Of a stretch of DNA of 64,000 nt, positions 30,640 to 40,445 are shown piece after piece. Location of the stretch: assembly GCA_963668025.2 (NCBI GenBank), contig CAXXTH010000012.1, positions 128,001 to 192,000 of the forward strand, read 5' to 3'. A program made the position numbers and the translations under genes. Source of the stretch: Candidatus Hydrogenedentota bacterium (GTDB lineage: Bacteria > Hydrogenedentota > Hydrogenedentia > Hydrogenedentales > SLHB01). The notes beneath the pieces were generated by a model. That model saw only the letters and a program-made list of their open reading frames with translations, did not search any database and was not told the origin of the DNA. Numbering within the stretch: the first letter of the stretch is position 1; each line of letters begins with the position of its first letter.

Positions 30640-30659
30640 ATTCGCGTCCATTCGCGGTT
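30640..30659. repeat. 10-nt-period element ATTCGCGTCCATTCGCGGTT
   Basis: Reverse complement is 18/20 identical to 45458-45477. Confidence 0.6.
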
Positions 30660-30684
30660 CTCAGGATTCATTTCACTCCCGCCG

Positions 30685-32220
30685 TCATGAACCGCCGGTC
30701 TGCGCCAATCGGCGGGCAATCGGGCGAAGCGCTTCATATAACTCCACGTAGATGCTATACCGTTCCTGGTATGCCGAGACGGCATCCGGTTGCGGATCTA
30801 CCGTTTTCCCATGATGCACCCATTGCTGCACGATGGATTTGAGCGCGCCCGCTCCATCCAACGCACCACGGGCCAGCATGCCGCAGGCGGCGACGCCGAT
30901 CTCCTCATTTTGCAGGACCGTCACCGGCATGCGATACGCATTGGCCCGCAGTTGGAGAAGCTGCTGGTTTTTGGCCGCGCCGCCTCCCGCGAACACACGG
31001 GTGACCGGCAGGCCCGCTTTCCGCAGGTTCTCTAGATTCAGCGCCATCTCGAATGCAATGCCTTCCAGCAGCCCGCGCGCCATGTCCGCCCGCGTGGTGG
31101 CTAAGGTGAGGCCGAGGAATCCCCCCCGAGCACTCGCATCCATATGGGGAGTAGCGGCTCCCGCGAAGTAGGCGGGAACCAGCGCCGGATTTTCGGCCTG
31201 CATGGCGCTTTCAACAATCACATCATAGACATTACGGCCAGACCGTGAAGCCTCCAGTTCCTCGGGAGAGGCAAGCTGGCCTTTCCACCATTGCAAGAGA
31301 TTTCCGCCGCAGGTGCTGAACGCATTGGTGCAGTAAAGGCCATCGGCGGATTGCGGATTACAGGTCAGCGAGCTCCGCTGCATCGCTTCCGATGTATTAG
31401 CGCTGTCGAAGGTGGCGTTCAGGCTATCTGAACTTCCCATGGAATTGACGACGACGCCCGGTTCGATGGCCCCGCCTCCAAGCGCAGCGCAGGATTGATC
31501 CCAGCCGCCTGATACGAGTACGCATCTGGGGTCGAGCCCTAATTTGCTACACATTTGCCCCGGTATTTCGCCCACGATGCGTCCCGCCGGAACAATGCGC
31601 CCCAGATACTCCCGGCTCAATCCCGCCAATCCCAGAATCTCGTCCGACCAATCGCCTTGGCGCACATCATAGAGCCCCGTGCGGCCAGCCAGAGACGGAG
31701 CCAGCGCCGGTTCAAGGCCGAGCCATGCCGCCAGCATTTCATTCCAACATAAAAAGCGCCGGGCATGCGCGAACACCTCGGGTTTTTCCGTTTTCCACCA
31801 GAGGATCTTTCCCAATGTCAAAATGGGGTGCAACACTTGGCCCGTGATGCGAAAAAGAGCCTCAGGCCCCATGCATTCAGATGCAAAGCGTTCAACCTGG
31901 CGGCGGGAACGAAGATCAAGGGCGGTGATGCTTCGGTCGAGGCATTGGCCTTGCGCATCCACGGGCACGACCGCCTCACCCAATGCAGCGGACGCGATGG
32001 CGTGAATGCGCCCATACCCTTTGGCGCATGCTTCCTGAGCCACCCCCGAAATCACCTCGCCCACCGCCTCCAGCACTTGCCCCGGCTCCAGTTCAAGCCA
32101 GCCGGGCTGTGGGGCAAACAACGGGTACGGACGGTACGCCGAAGCGACGGCGTGTCCTTCTTCATCAAAAGCAATCCCCTTGGTTCCCGTGGTGCCGATA
32201 TCAAGTCCCAGCGTAAGCAT
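30685..32220 (-). CDS. FGGY-family carbohydrate kinase (xylulokinase-like)
   Basis: LGLDIGTTGTK, GGWDQ, RGLLEG and GGGAAKN motifs. Confidence 0.9.
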   Translation of the reverse strand: MLTLGLDIGTTGTKGIAFDEEGHAVASAYRPYPLFAPQPGWLELEPGQVLEAVGEVISGVAQEACAKGYGRIHAIASAALGEAVVPVDAQGQCLDRSITALDLRSRRQVERFASECMGPEALFRITGQVLHPILTLGKILWWKTEKPEVFAHARRFLCWNEMLAAWLGLEPALAPSLAGRTGLYDVRQGDWSDEILGLAGLSREYLGRIVPAGRIVGEIPGQMCSKLGLDPRCVLVSGGWDQSCAALGGGAIEPGVVVNSMGSSDSLNATFDSANTSEAMQRSSLTCNPQSADGLYCTNAFSTCGGNLLQWWKGQLASPEELEASRSGRNVYDVIVESAMQAENPALVPAYFAGAATPHMDASARGGFLGLTLATTRADMARGLLEGIAFEMALNLENLRKAGLPVTRVFAGGGAAKNQQLLQLRANAYRMPVTVLQNEEIGVAACGMLARGALDGAGALKSIVQQWVHHGKTVDPQPDAVSAYQERYSIYVELYEALRPIARRLAQTGGS

Positions 32221-32440
32221 GAATGTCTCCCTATCCTAGCTATTTCATCGCCATTGTTTTTCTCGATTTCTTCGCCAAATCGGAGGCGCTCCATCGAATC
32301 AGATTACGACCAGAAGAGGTAATCGTGCGCAGTGGATAGTAAACCTTTACTATCCAGGCCAAACTCACCCCTCACATGTAGTATGGCATAACCTCTCCAT
32401 GCAATCCCAGCTAACAAGTAGAAAAATGAGCATCCTTACC

Positions 32441-32453
32441 TATATGTATACAG
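32441..32453. promoter_or_regulatory. Candidate operator CTGTA-N4-TATA
   Basis: Reverse complement is CTGTATACATATA, in the divergent FGGY/GH39-like intergenic region. Confidence 0.4.
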
Positions 32454-32632
32454 ATCAAATATCGGGGAATCATACAAACCCACCCATATTCATTCCAAGC
32501 TAAATACGCTCCCATCCGGTATTCTATTGCGTGATTCAATGTTCAAATTGGCCTGGTTATGCAGGAACGGGTGATACCTTGAATCTTTTGACGCCATAAG
32601 AGAAGAAAATCAAGAATCACTCCAATACGCGC

Positions 32633-35600
32633 ATGGCCTCTTCCGCACGAAAGGAACCTATCGTGTATACAAACCAGCCTCATGCACACGCCGCCAAAAA
32701 CATCTTGTCCCTGAAGAAAACCACGTTCGCTTTCTGCATGTTGAGCCTTTTCCTAGGTTTCAGCGCCCCCGCGTTTTCAGAAACACGCTGGAATCCTCCA
32801 ATACCTTCCATTGACTCTAAAAACCTCCTGCCGAACAGCAGTTTTGAACTGGGAACGGATGGGTGGTCGTCGCTCGGAAAACTCACCGCAAGCGGAGGAG
32901 ATCTATGCGGCCTATATGGTGAAATTCAAACAGGCGGCGCGTTCGATGGTGAGAACTGTCTCAAAATTGAACTGGGGCCAGGCAAGACACTCGTGACCCA
33001 TTCTGATTACTCTCTCGGCGATTCACAGACCATGGTCCAAGCCGCCCCATTGGCGGCCAATCTGGGATGGATGCAGGTTACTGAAGGTAAATACTATACC
33101 CTTTCGGCGTATATGCGTTCCGATGTTGCGGGAACGCCCGCCAGCCTGGTGTTCCGTTTCGGCGGCGATGTCAACGGCGGATTCGGCAGCGACACCTTTT
33201 CCAAGCGGGTGGCGCTCACCCAAGAATGGTCCCGCTATTCGTACACCCTAGAGGCGTACAAGCCCGACCTGTTTATCGCCGCAGGGCCTGATCTGAGCGC
33301 CACGCCAGAGGCTTCCGCGACCGTATGGCTCGATGCCGTTCAACTGGAAGAAGCAAACGCCGGCTCGGGCGAAGGTGGAGCCACCCAAACCGAAGACTTC
33401 AATGATAATAGCCTAGATGGCATATGGGGTGTTACGACGGCTTGGAATACGGAAGACACGATGCAGATTGCAGATGGAGTATTGACTTTCCACAAGACGG
33501 GAACGACAGGGGCAGGCACGGCGGCCGTGACCAACGCTTCTTGGCCGCTGACGGGCGATTTTGAACTGGAATTCACCATACCGCATCTGGCCGATTTTGC
33601 ACAAAATGACAGTGTGTGGGTAATGCCCCGCTTTGTGGTGACTCAACCCACATGGACGGACGTCATCTGGCTCAATATTGGCCGGTATCAGGATAAATAT
33701 ACCGTCTCCGATGGAGTTGCTGGTAAATTCTTAGCGAACTTTCCCCTTTCTTCAGAGGCATGCATCATACGATTGACAAAAACGACGGGCCAGATGGTTT
33801 TGTCGGTGGCGGTGGATGGCGGCGCTTTCTCTACGCCGGTCATAGTGGGAAGCTCTTGGGCAAGTGTTAGCGATACCACTGAAGTCATGTTATACCTGCT
33901 CGCGCAAGACTGGTTTTCATCCGTCAAAGGCTCCTACGCCGTGGCTATCGACGATTTGAAGATCACCGCTGATGGGATCCCTGGCGAGCTTATAACCGAA
34001 CCAACGGAATACGCGCCGCGTGAAACGGTCGAAATCGGAATCAACACCGAACACTACGGCAATTTATATGATACAGCCGATCCGCTCGAATTAACCGTAT
34101 GTGGCGCAAACAAGACCTCCACACTCGCGAGTGTCGAAATTCACGCGCAGCTCGTAGACTACTTTGGCGTATTATGGCCGTCTACATCCTGCACGCTGGA
34201 AATCCCTGAGAACGCCCTGGCGGAAACCCAGTTGCCGTTGAACGCGCCAGGCGCCGGGTATTATAAAGCCCATGTGTCTTGGGAAGTGGGCGGCGTAGCA
34301 CATACGCGAACCATCACGCTGTCCAATGTCAAAACATATCCTTGGGATGATTCGCCCTTTGGGATAAACCACGCTCCCACCACCACCGCCGCCTGCCAAC
34401 AATTGAAAAAAGGCGGCACCACTTGGGCGCGGGATTGGTCCATGAAATGGGATACCGCGGAGTTCGTTGAGGGAACGTATGATTTCGCGGAGATCGATAA
34501 CCAAGTCAACCGAATCGTGGACTCCGGGCTCAACCTGCTGGCTTTGCTGCCCCCCCAGCCTTCGGTCAACTGGGCGTCGGAAGCGCCCACAAGCGGTTTA
34601 TCCCAAACTGAGCGCGCCGCGTACGCGCCGCCGGTAGCTGACCGCCCCCTGCTCAATAACTTCATTGAAACCACCGTGAATCGGTATAAAGATCGCGTCA
34701 CGCATTGGGAGTTTTTAAATGAACCCCTTTGGGTGCCGTGGTATTGCCTGCCCACCAGTGCGGGATATACCGTGGATACGTATATATCGCTTCTTCAAGG
34801 GGCCTCGGCGGCAATGAAGTCCGGTGACTCCTCCTGCAATGTGCTCGGGGGCCTTTCCATTATGGCGCACAGCACCATGGGCGACGAGTTCATACAGAAG
34901 GGAGGGCTCGATTATGTGGATATCTACAACCTACATCCATATCCCGAGCTAATCGGCCCTGAGAATTTCATACCGTGGATGCAGCGTATCCTTGGCGTCA
35001 TGGACGCCAATGGCGGGCGCAAGCCTATCTGGGCCACCGAATTATCATTCTGGAGCACCGATGACAAGCCATGGACGCCATGGGCTCCTCCGAATGCGGA
35101 CCACTGGTCCGCCAATCGCCAGCAGACCAGCGAACGGGAAGCTTCCGATTACAATACACGCCAAGCCATCATATTGATGGCGCATGGAGTGGAAAAATTC
35201 TTCTGGCATTCCGGACTCGAGGGCGAAGTCAACAATGGCTCCTGGGACTTAGAGGATCCATTGCTTGGCCGCGAGGCGGTTCCTCAAAAATACTTCACCG
35301 CACAGGCGGCTTTAGCGAATCTTCTAGGCCCGTCCCCAACATACGCCGCCGCACTTCAAAAACCCAGCACTGTCCTCAGCCATAGCACGAGCGGCGTGTA
35401 TGGCTACGCCTTCGATGGAGAAAGCAAGGCCGTCTTGGCCGCTTGGGCCCCCGGCAAATACAACGACGGGAAACGCCGCACAAGCGGGGTCGTGCCGCTG
35501 GGAGAATCGCCCGTCTATCTGACATCCACAGAACTGAATGCGCAAGAACTCTCCGAAGCCTGCACACTCGTTCGAGACACGGGCCCGGATGTCACATTCA

Positions 35601-36742
35601 ACGGATGGAAGCAGCTCGTTTCAGCGCAAACATCGGCGTCCAATGCTTCCCCCTATGGAGACTCCACGGTGCATATCGCCCGGGCGCTCAACGGAACAGG
35701 GCAAGTGATATGGAATACACGGAATGTGCCTTCGGATATCGATACAGGCGGGACATACTCGTTTACGTGGCTCGGAGCCACGGGATATTCCTCGCAACCT
35801 GAATGCACTTTCGCACTCTATTTGGGCGCAACTAAATTATTGGACTTCACCTATTCCCTCGGTTCTACATACTGGCAGAGTGCAAACGGCGATTACACAC
35901 TCGAGTACTCCGTTGTGGAAACCTACAGCTCGGGAGAAGACAGCGCGGGCTTCATGACGCTTACCGTTCCGGCTTCCATGCTGACGCCCGGTGAAGCCGC
36001 CCAGTTGAAAGTCGTAGGCTCCAATTCATCGAGCAGCCGCTGGTTCGGCGTATATGCGTATGATGGCTCCACACCTGGCGATTACGGCTGGGCGCTTTAT
36101 ATCCCGGATACTGTTCAAGCGTACACCGTCGTCGGCGCTCCCATGAGCACGGGCGGCGAAACGCTCTCCCCTCCCATGATCACGACCAACAACGGCCAAA
36201 ACTTCACAATAGGCGTCACCCCGCTCACCATCGCCGGAACGTGCGGGTATAACGTGGCGGACATCCATCTAAACGGCGCCTCCATAGGCCACACGCTTGG
36301 CGAAGCCACCTGGCAGGCGCAACTAAACTTGGCGGCAGGCGCCAACGAGTTTAGTTTTATCGCCTTGGACGAATCTAGCAATACAAGCACGCCAACTACC
36401 ATCACCATCACCTACGACGCCAATTACGATTTCGACGGCGACGGAATGAAAGACATTGATGAGGTGCGGGATTTTGACGCAGCCACGGAAGGAACACAGA
36501 ATCCATTCGATCCATGGAATAGCGATTCAACCGGCGATGATGGGTATCAGGGTTCCGATGGCGTTCCAGACGGTCAAAATGATTGGGATGGCGACGGCAT
36601 TCCCAACAAGCTGGAACTGGAATTGGGGCTCAACCCCATGGATGCAACCAGCAATGCTAAATTGCCATTAGGCATATTATGCACAACCATTTTGCTGGCG
36701 TCCATGCTTTGTTACCGCATATTCAAACAAGAAAGCCAATAA
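32633..36742 (+). CDS. Large secreted multimodular clan GH-A (GH39-like) hydrolase with CBM-like domains, DxDxDG repeats and C-terminal TM anchor
   Basis: Signal peptide, NLLPNSSFE CBM4/9-like domain, SPFGIN, WEFLNEP (acid/base), IWATE (nucleophile), DFDGDG and DWDGDG repeats, LPLG-hydrophobic-RIFK tail. Confidence 0.8.
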   Translation: MASSARKEPIVYTNQPHAHAAKNILSLKKTTFAFCMLSLFLGFSAPAFSETRWNPPIPSIDSKNLLPNSSFELGTDGWSSLGKLTASGGDLCGLYGEIQTGGAFDGENCLKIELGPGKTLVTHSDYSLGDSQTMVQAAPLAANLGWMQVTEGKYYTLSAYMRSDVAGTPASLVFRFGGDVNGGFGSDTFSKRVALTQEWSRYSYTLEAYKPDLFIAAGPDLSATPEASATVWLDAVQLEEANAGSGEGGATQTEDFNDNSLDGIWGVTTAWNTEDTMQIADGVLTFHKTGTTGAGTAAVTNASWPLTGDFELEFTIPHLADFAQNDSVWVMPRFVVTQPTWTDVIWLNIGRYQDKYTVSDGVAGKFLANFPLSSEACIIRLTKTTGQMVLSVAVDGGAFSTPVIVGSSWASVSDTTEVMLYLLAQDWFSSVKGSYAVAIDDLKITADGIPGELITEPTEYAPRETVEIGINTEHYGNLYDTADPLELTVCGANKTSTLASVEIHAQLVDYFGVLWPSTSCTLEIPENALAETQLPLNAPGAGYYKAHVSWEVGGVAHTRTITLSNVKTYPWDDSPFGINHAPTTTAACQQLKKGGTTWARDWSMKWDTAEFVEGTYDFAEIDNQVNRIVDSGLNLLALLPPQPSVNWASEAPTSGLSQTERAAYAPPVADRPLLNNFIETTVNRYKDRVTHWEFLNEPLWVPWYCLPTSAGYTVDTYISLLQGASAAMKSGDSSCNVLGGLSIMAHSTMGDEFIQKGGLDYVDIYNLHPYPELIGPENFIPWMQRILGVMDANGGRKPIWATELSFWSTDDKPWTPWAPPNADHWSANRQQTSEREASDYNTRQAIILMAHGVEKFFWHSGLEGEVNNGSWDLEDPLLGREAVPQKYFTAQAALANLLGPSPTYAAALQKPSTVLSHSTSGVYGYAFDGESKAVLAAWAPGKYNDGKRRTSGVVPLGESPVYLTSTELNAQELSEACTLVRDTGPDVTFNGWKQLVSAQTSASNASPYGDSTVHIARALNGTGQVIWNTRNVPSDIDTGGTYSFTWLGATGYSSQPECTFALYLGATKLLDFTYSLGSTYWQSANGDYTLEYSVVETYSSGEDSAGFMTLTVPASMLTPGEAAQLKVVGSNSSSSRWFGVYAYDGSTPGDYGWALYIPDTVQAYTVVGAPMSTGGETLSPPMITTNNGQNFTIGVTPLTIAGTCGYNVADIHLNGASIGHTLGEATWQAQLNLAAGANEFSFIALDESSNTSTPTTITITYDANYDFDGDGMKDIDEVRDFDAATEGTQNPFDPWNSDSTGDDGYQGSDGVPDGQNDWDGDGIPNKLELELGLNPMDATSNAKLPLGILCTTILLASMLCYRIFKQESQ

Positions 36743-36766
36743 TACTTTAGCCAAGTGGTGAAGAAT

Positions 36767-36835
36767 GACCGGCGAGGGCGCAGGTCGCACACATCGTATA
36801 GTTGAAAAAGTGTGGGACCGGCTCCATCGCCGGTC
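36767..36835. repeat. Inverted pair of REP-like palindromes between convergent genes
   Basis: GTGTGGGACCGGCTCCATCGCCGGTC (36810-36835) versus the reverse complement of 36767-36792: 22/26 identical, 17-nt spacer. Confidence 0.7.
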
Positions 36836-36967
36836 CTCCGATAAAACATGAAACATCAATACCGTTGCAGTGCTTCATAATATTTATTTCTGCTGTCGTG
36901 TTTATAGATTATAATAGAACACTACAGCCAAGATGATGTATCATCCGCAGTTAGAACAGGACAGATT

Positions 36968-37978
36968 TCATTCATATGCCGCCGTGCGGGTAAGCACGCA
37001 TTCCGTTACTGAACCGTCCATGCCTTGTCCATTTGCTTGAAGCGCCTCGATACCGCCATTCGCGGCGATGGCGGCGCATAACGCCGCCAGATCGCCAAGC
37101 CGCTCTCCGAGCTTGGCGGGAACAACCGTACACGCCTCGGCCGTTCGCGGCAATGCCTCTTCGCGCATCCGTTCGAGCGCCGGGCCCATGACCAATTCTC
37201 CTAAACGAAACGCAAGGGAGCCAATGACTATGACCTCTGGATTCAATAGGTCTAGCAGCAGGGCAAGCCCTTGGCCAAGGCGTTGCCCTACTTCCAAGAA
37301 CACCGCTTTTGCATCTTCATCGCCGCCACGGGCCAAACCGGCCAGTTCGAGAATATCCGCCGAACCTACAGGCCAGCGGGTGGGAAAGCGATACGCCGCC
37401 AAGCGAATGATTCCGGTGCCTGAACAGAACGCCTCCCACGAACCGGTTTTGCCATATGCATTGGGTCCGGATTCAGCCAAGCGCACATGGCCCACTTCGC
37501 CCGCGATATCCGTGCTGCCCCGGTATAACTGTCCATTCAAGATCATGCCCGCGCCAAAGCCAGTGCCCATGGTCAGAAAAATAACATTGCGCGCGCCGCG
37601 CGCCGCACCAAAATACCATTCCGCAAGCGCGCCTGCATTTCCGTCATGTTCTATGTAGCAAGGAATGTGGAAATGATTCTCCAGCAGCTTTTTCAATGGC
37701 ACCGTATCCCATCCAGGAAGATTGGGAGGCGAGTACACAATTCCTTGCTCGATATCGAGCGGGCCGCCAATGGACACCGATATGGCGTCCACATGAGTCC
37801 AATCGTTTTCCATGGACTCCATCAGCCATGCCGCATGTGCGCGAAGATCTTCAAAAAAAACATTGAATCCGCGTTCTGGATATGTGGGAAACTGTATGCG
37901 CTTATAAATGCGCCCCTTGTCATCGCCCGCAACAAGCGCCGTCTTTGTTCCGCCAATATCCAATCCTAGAATGTGCAT
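36968..37978 (-). CDS. ROK-family sugar kinase
   Basis: LGLDIGGTK, SPPNLPGW, HDGNAGALAE, GTGFGAG and GEVGH motifs; no HTH. Confidence 0.92.
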   Translation of the reverse strand: MHILGLDIGGTKTALVAGDDKGRIYKRIQFPTYPERGFNVFFEDLRAHAAWLMESMENDWTHVDAISVSIGGPLDIEQGIVYSPPNLPGWDTVPLKKLLENHFHIPCYIEHDGNAGALAEWYFGAARGARNVIFLTMGTGFGAGMILNGQLYRGSTDIAGEVGHVRLAESGPNAYGKTGSWEAFCSGTGIIRLAAYRFPTRWPVGSADILELAGLARGGDEDAKAVFLEVGQRLGQGLALLLDLLNPEVIVIGSLAFRLGELVMGPALERMREEALPRTAEACTVVPAKLGERLGDLAALCAAIAANGGIEALQANGQGMDGSVTECVLTRTAAYE

Positions 37979-38078
37979 CGTTTCACCTTGAGAAGCCTAG
38001 TTCATCTTTGCATATAGTGGAGAAGCTTGCATGTCACGCATGAAACACGCCTCAAGCTTTTCAATAAGCAACTGCCGG

Positions 38079-40142
38079 TTATCCCACTTTATGAATACCC
38101 CAAAAATCCAGCCCTATCATTTTCCCCGCCTGTGCCGCGGTTAGCTTGAATTGATGCTTGCCTGATGTAAGCCGGATAGGCGAGGAAACCAGCATTCTCG
38201 ATTGCACGTGATATGGAGTGCTTAAGCAGATAGATTCCTGGCCATTGAAGGAAAAGGGCGCACCATCCAGTTTTGTGGCAAACGAACCGCCATTAGGCCG
38301 GTAGGCGCATGCCAATGCAAGTTCGTAATCGCCATCTTCTGCTACAGCGAATTCCATGCTGAGCTCATCCTGATCACGTTCAGGCCGCCAAACCAGCACC
38401 TTGCCGCCTTGCCATATCGGGCCTTCCTCGAATGACAGCGACGCCATGGGTGTGATGAGCTCTTCACAGGCCTGAAAAGCATAGTTGCTCGCACCTCTAG
38501 CGGCCATGGGCTCCCAAGCCGCTGGAAGCTGCGGCATGGAAACATCAGATGAAGTAATGGAAACATGATCATCTATCGTGCCATCCCCGGCATAACAATA
38601 AGTTAACCGCGCATATGATATCCCCTCAGTCCGTACATGGAAGAACATTTCCATATAAAACGCGATGTTATGCTCAAAAGGGATCCCATCGATAATATGC
38701 CATCTGTAATTGGACGAAAAACAACGGCTGGAAGGGCCGTCATCCCTGGACTGGCCGCCATACGCTAAAGTTACGACATCAGGAATTCCCCATGCGTAAT
38801 TAAAGTAATCCTCGGAACCCGTGCCGAATATGGAAGGAAACCGGTCATTATCCACAAAAACCTTCTCGTCTCCTTCTCCCCACCAATTGCCATCTCCTGT
38901 AGGAATCGTATTTGGATTCAACACCATGATCGCAGTGCCGACATATACACCTTTGCCTCGAGCCAGTAAAAACGGCAAATCCATCGGATCCGAAGAGACC
39001 AGTTCATGCTCGACACGCCATTTGGCGCGGAAATACATCGAAGCCTCATTCCACTCATAATCCATCGGAAGCACCGAGCCTGAAATCTTCACACGCTGGG
39101 AGCCCATATTTTCGAAGGAAATCCGCACGGACGCCTTATAAGGCATAATGAACCGGCAGGCCATTGTTCCATCGGGCGCTACACTGAATGGAATCGAGCT
39201 ATATGGATTAATGCCTGGGCCTGTTCCAAAGAAATCACCTATGGGCGATTCCACCTGGCTCCAAGGCATATCATCAAAGTTTATATGCAAAATCGTTTGT
39301 CGCAAGGCTTCCTCGATATTCCCTGCTTCTACCTTCAATACAAGCTTTTCGACAGCGCCTTTGCCATCCAGCCGAATACCTTCCGCCCACTCATGCGGGG
39401 CAGCGCTCGCCACAAATCCAAACGGCTTCTTGTTGGAGTGGTATTGCCACTGGCCATCCACATCCGCGAATAGAGACGCTACGCTCCGGATACGCTCCTC
39501 CGACTGGGCCAAATCTTGAGGCGTGAACGTAACGGCTTCCGCCCCTGATTCATATTTTCGTATGCCGATATGGTAAAAATGGATGTCTTGATGATCGCCT
39601 ATCCATACGATACGGCAGTGTTTGGCGAATGGTATCGGAGCGTACGCGGCATTGCGCTGGTAAAAGGTGTTTTTAAGATCCTCCGGCTTTAGAGAAGTCC
39701 CCGCTAGAAATGAATCATATGGGTGCAGGAAGAATTCCATGGCCGGGCCGTCGTATAAAGGCGCTTCGGAATTATCCAAAAACACACGCACCGTCCCCTT
39801 AATATCCGCGGTGAACAACCGTACAATCGCGCCCGGCCCTTCCACATCGCACATGAGATACTGGCCAGGCTGCCCGCCTTCAGGCGCTTTGATCACCTCC
39901 TCGAAATTGGGTATAGGCTCTTTCCCGAATCCGTCACTATTGGCAAACCAATTTTCGCCGCCTGGAACCGAACTCCTACGATCATACGAGGAGAATTGCA
40001 ACATTTGATATTTAGGCGCAGGAAAACTGGTGAGATGCTGCATGTCCGCCATCTCATCAATCAGGCTGTCCGTCGTGATTGGAGTGCTAAAGGCCGCGCT
40101 AGATAAGCCTAGGAACAATATGAATCCTGTCGAGCCGATCAT
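38079..40142 (-). CDS. Secreted GH172 (DUF2961) glycoside hydrolase
   Basis: Signal peptide, SSYDR, GPGAIVR, SPIGDFFG, WWGEGDEKVFVD and FGTGSEDYFN; two DUF2961-like halves. Confidence 0.88.
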   Translation of the reverse strand: MIGSTGFILFLGLSSAAFSTPITTDSLIDEMADMQHLTSFPAPKYQMLQFSSYDRRSSVPGGENWFANSDGFGKEPIPNFEEVIKAPEGGQPGQYLMCDVEGPGAIVRLFTADIKGTVRVFLDNSEAPLYDGPAMEFFLHPYDSFLAGTSLKPEDLKNTFYQRNAAYAPIPFAKHCRIVWIGDHQDIHFYHIGIRKYESGAEAVTFTPQDLAQSEERIRSVASLFADVDGQWQYHSNKKPFGFVASAAPHEWAEGIRLDGKGAVEKLVLKVEAGNIEEALRQTILHINFDDMPWSQVESPIGDFFGTGPGINPYSSIPFSVAPDGTMACRFIMPYKASVRISFENMGSQRVKISGSVLPMDYEWNEASMYFRAKWRVEHELVSSDPMDLPFLLARGKGVYVGTAIMVLNPNTIPTGDGNWWGEGDEKVFVDNDRFPSIFGTGSEDYFNYAWGIPDVVTLAYGGQSRDDGPSSRCFSSNYRWHIIDGIPFEHNIAFYMEMFFHVRTEGISYARLTYCYAGDGTIDDHVSITSSDVSMPQLPAAWEPMAARGASNYAFQACEELITPMASLSFEEGPIWQGGKVLVWRPERDQDELSMEFAVAEDGDYELALACAYRPNGGSFATKLDGAPFSFNGQESICLSTPYHVQSRMLVSSPIRLTSGKHQFKLTAAQAGKMIGLDFWGIHKVG

Positions 40143-40376
40143 GGCCTCATCCTTTCCTTCAGGGTATATGCCTCCAAACAAGCTCCAAACATGAGAAACC
40201 AGGATTCAAATATATACTCTTTATTCGCCTTATTCACACAATATTACACGCAATATAGAAACGACTTAGGATTTGAGCTAATTTTACAGCGTAAAACCTG
40301 CTGCCCAGACCAGAATAACTTGCAATGCTGTATGTTTCTCCTTCGCAGCAACACATACTGGAACCGAGCCGTATAG

Positions 40377-40410
40377 GATTCCCGGCCCTAATTGCCTAGA
40401 GCCGGGAATC
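40377..40410 (-). terminator. Strong stem-loop after the surface-protein gene
   Basis: GATTCCCGGC-14 nt-GCCGGGAATC about 35 bp after the stop. No clear U-tract, so it may be a stabilising hairpin. Confidence 0.55.
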
Positions 40411-40445
40411 TCTCGTACGCACCGAATACTTAACCCATGTTTAGA

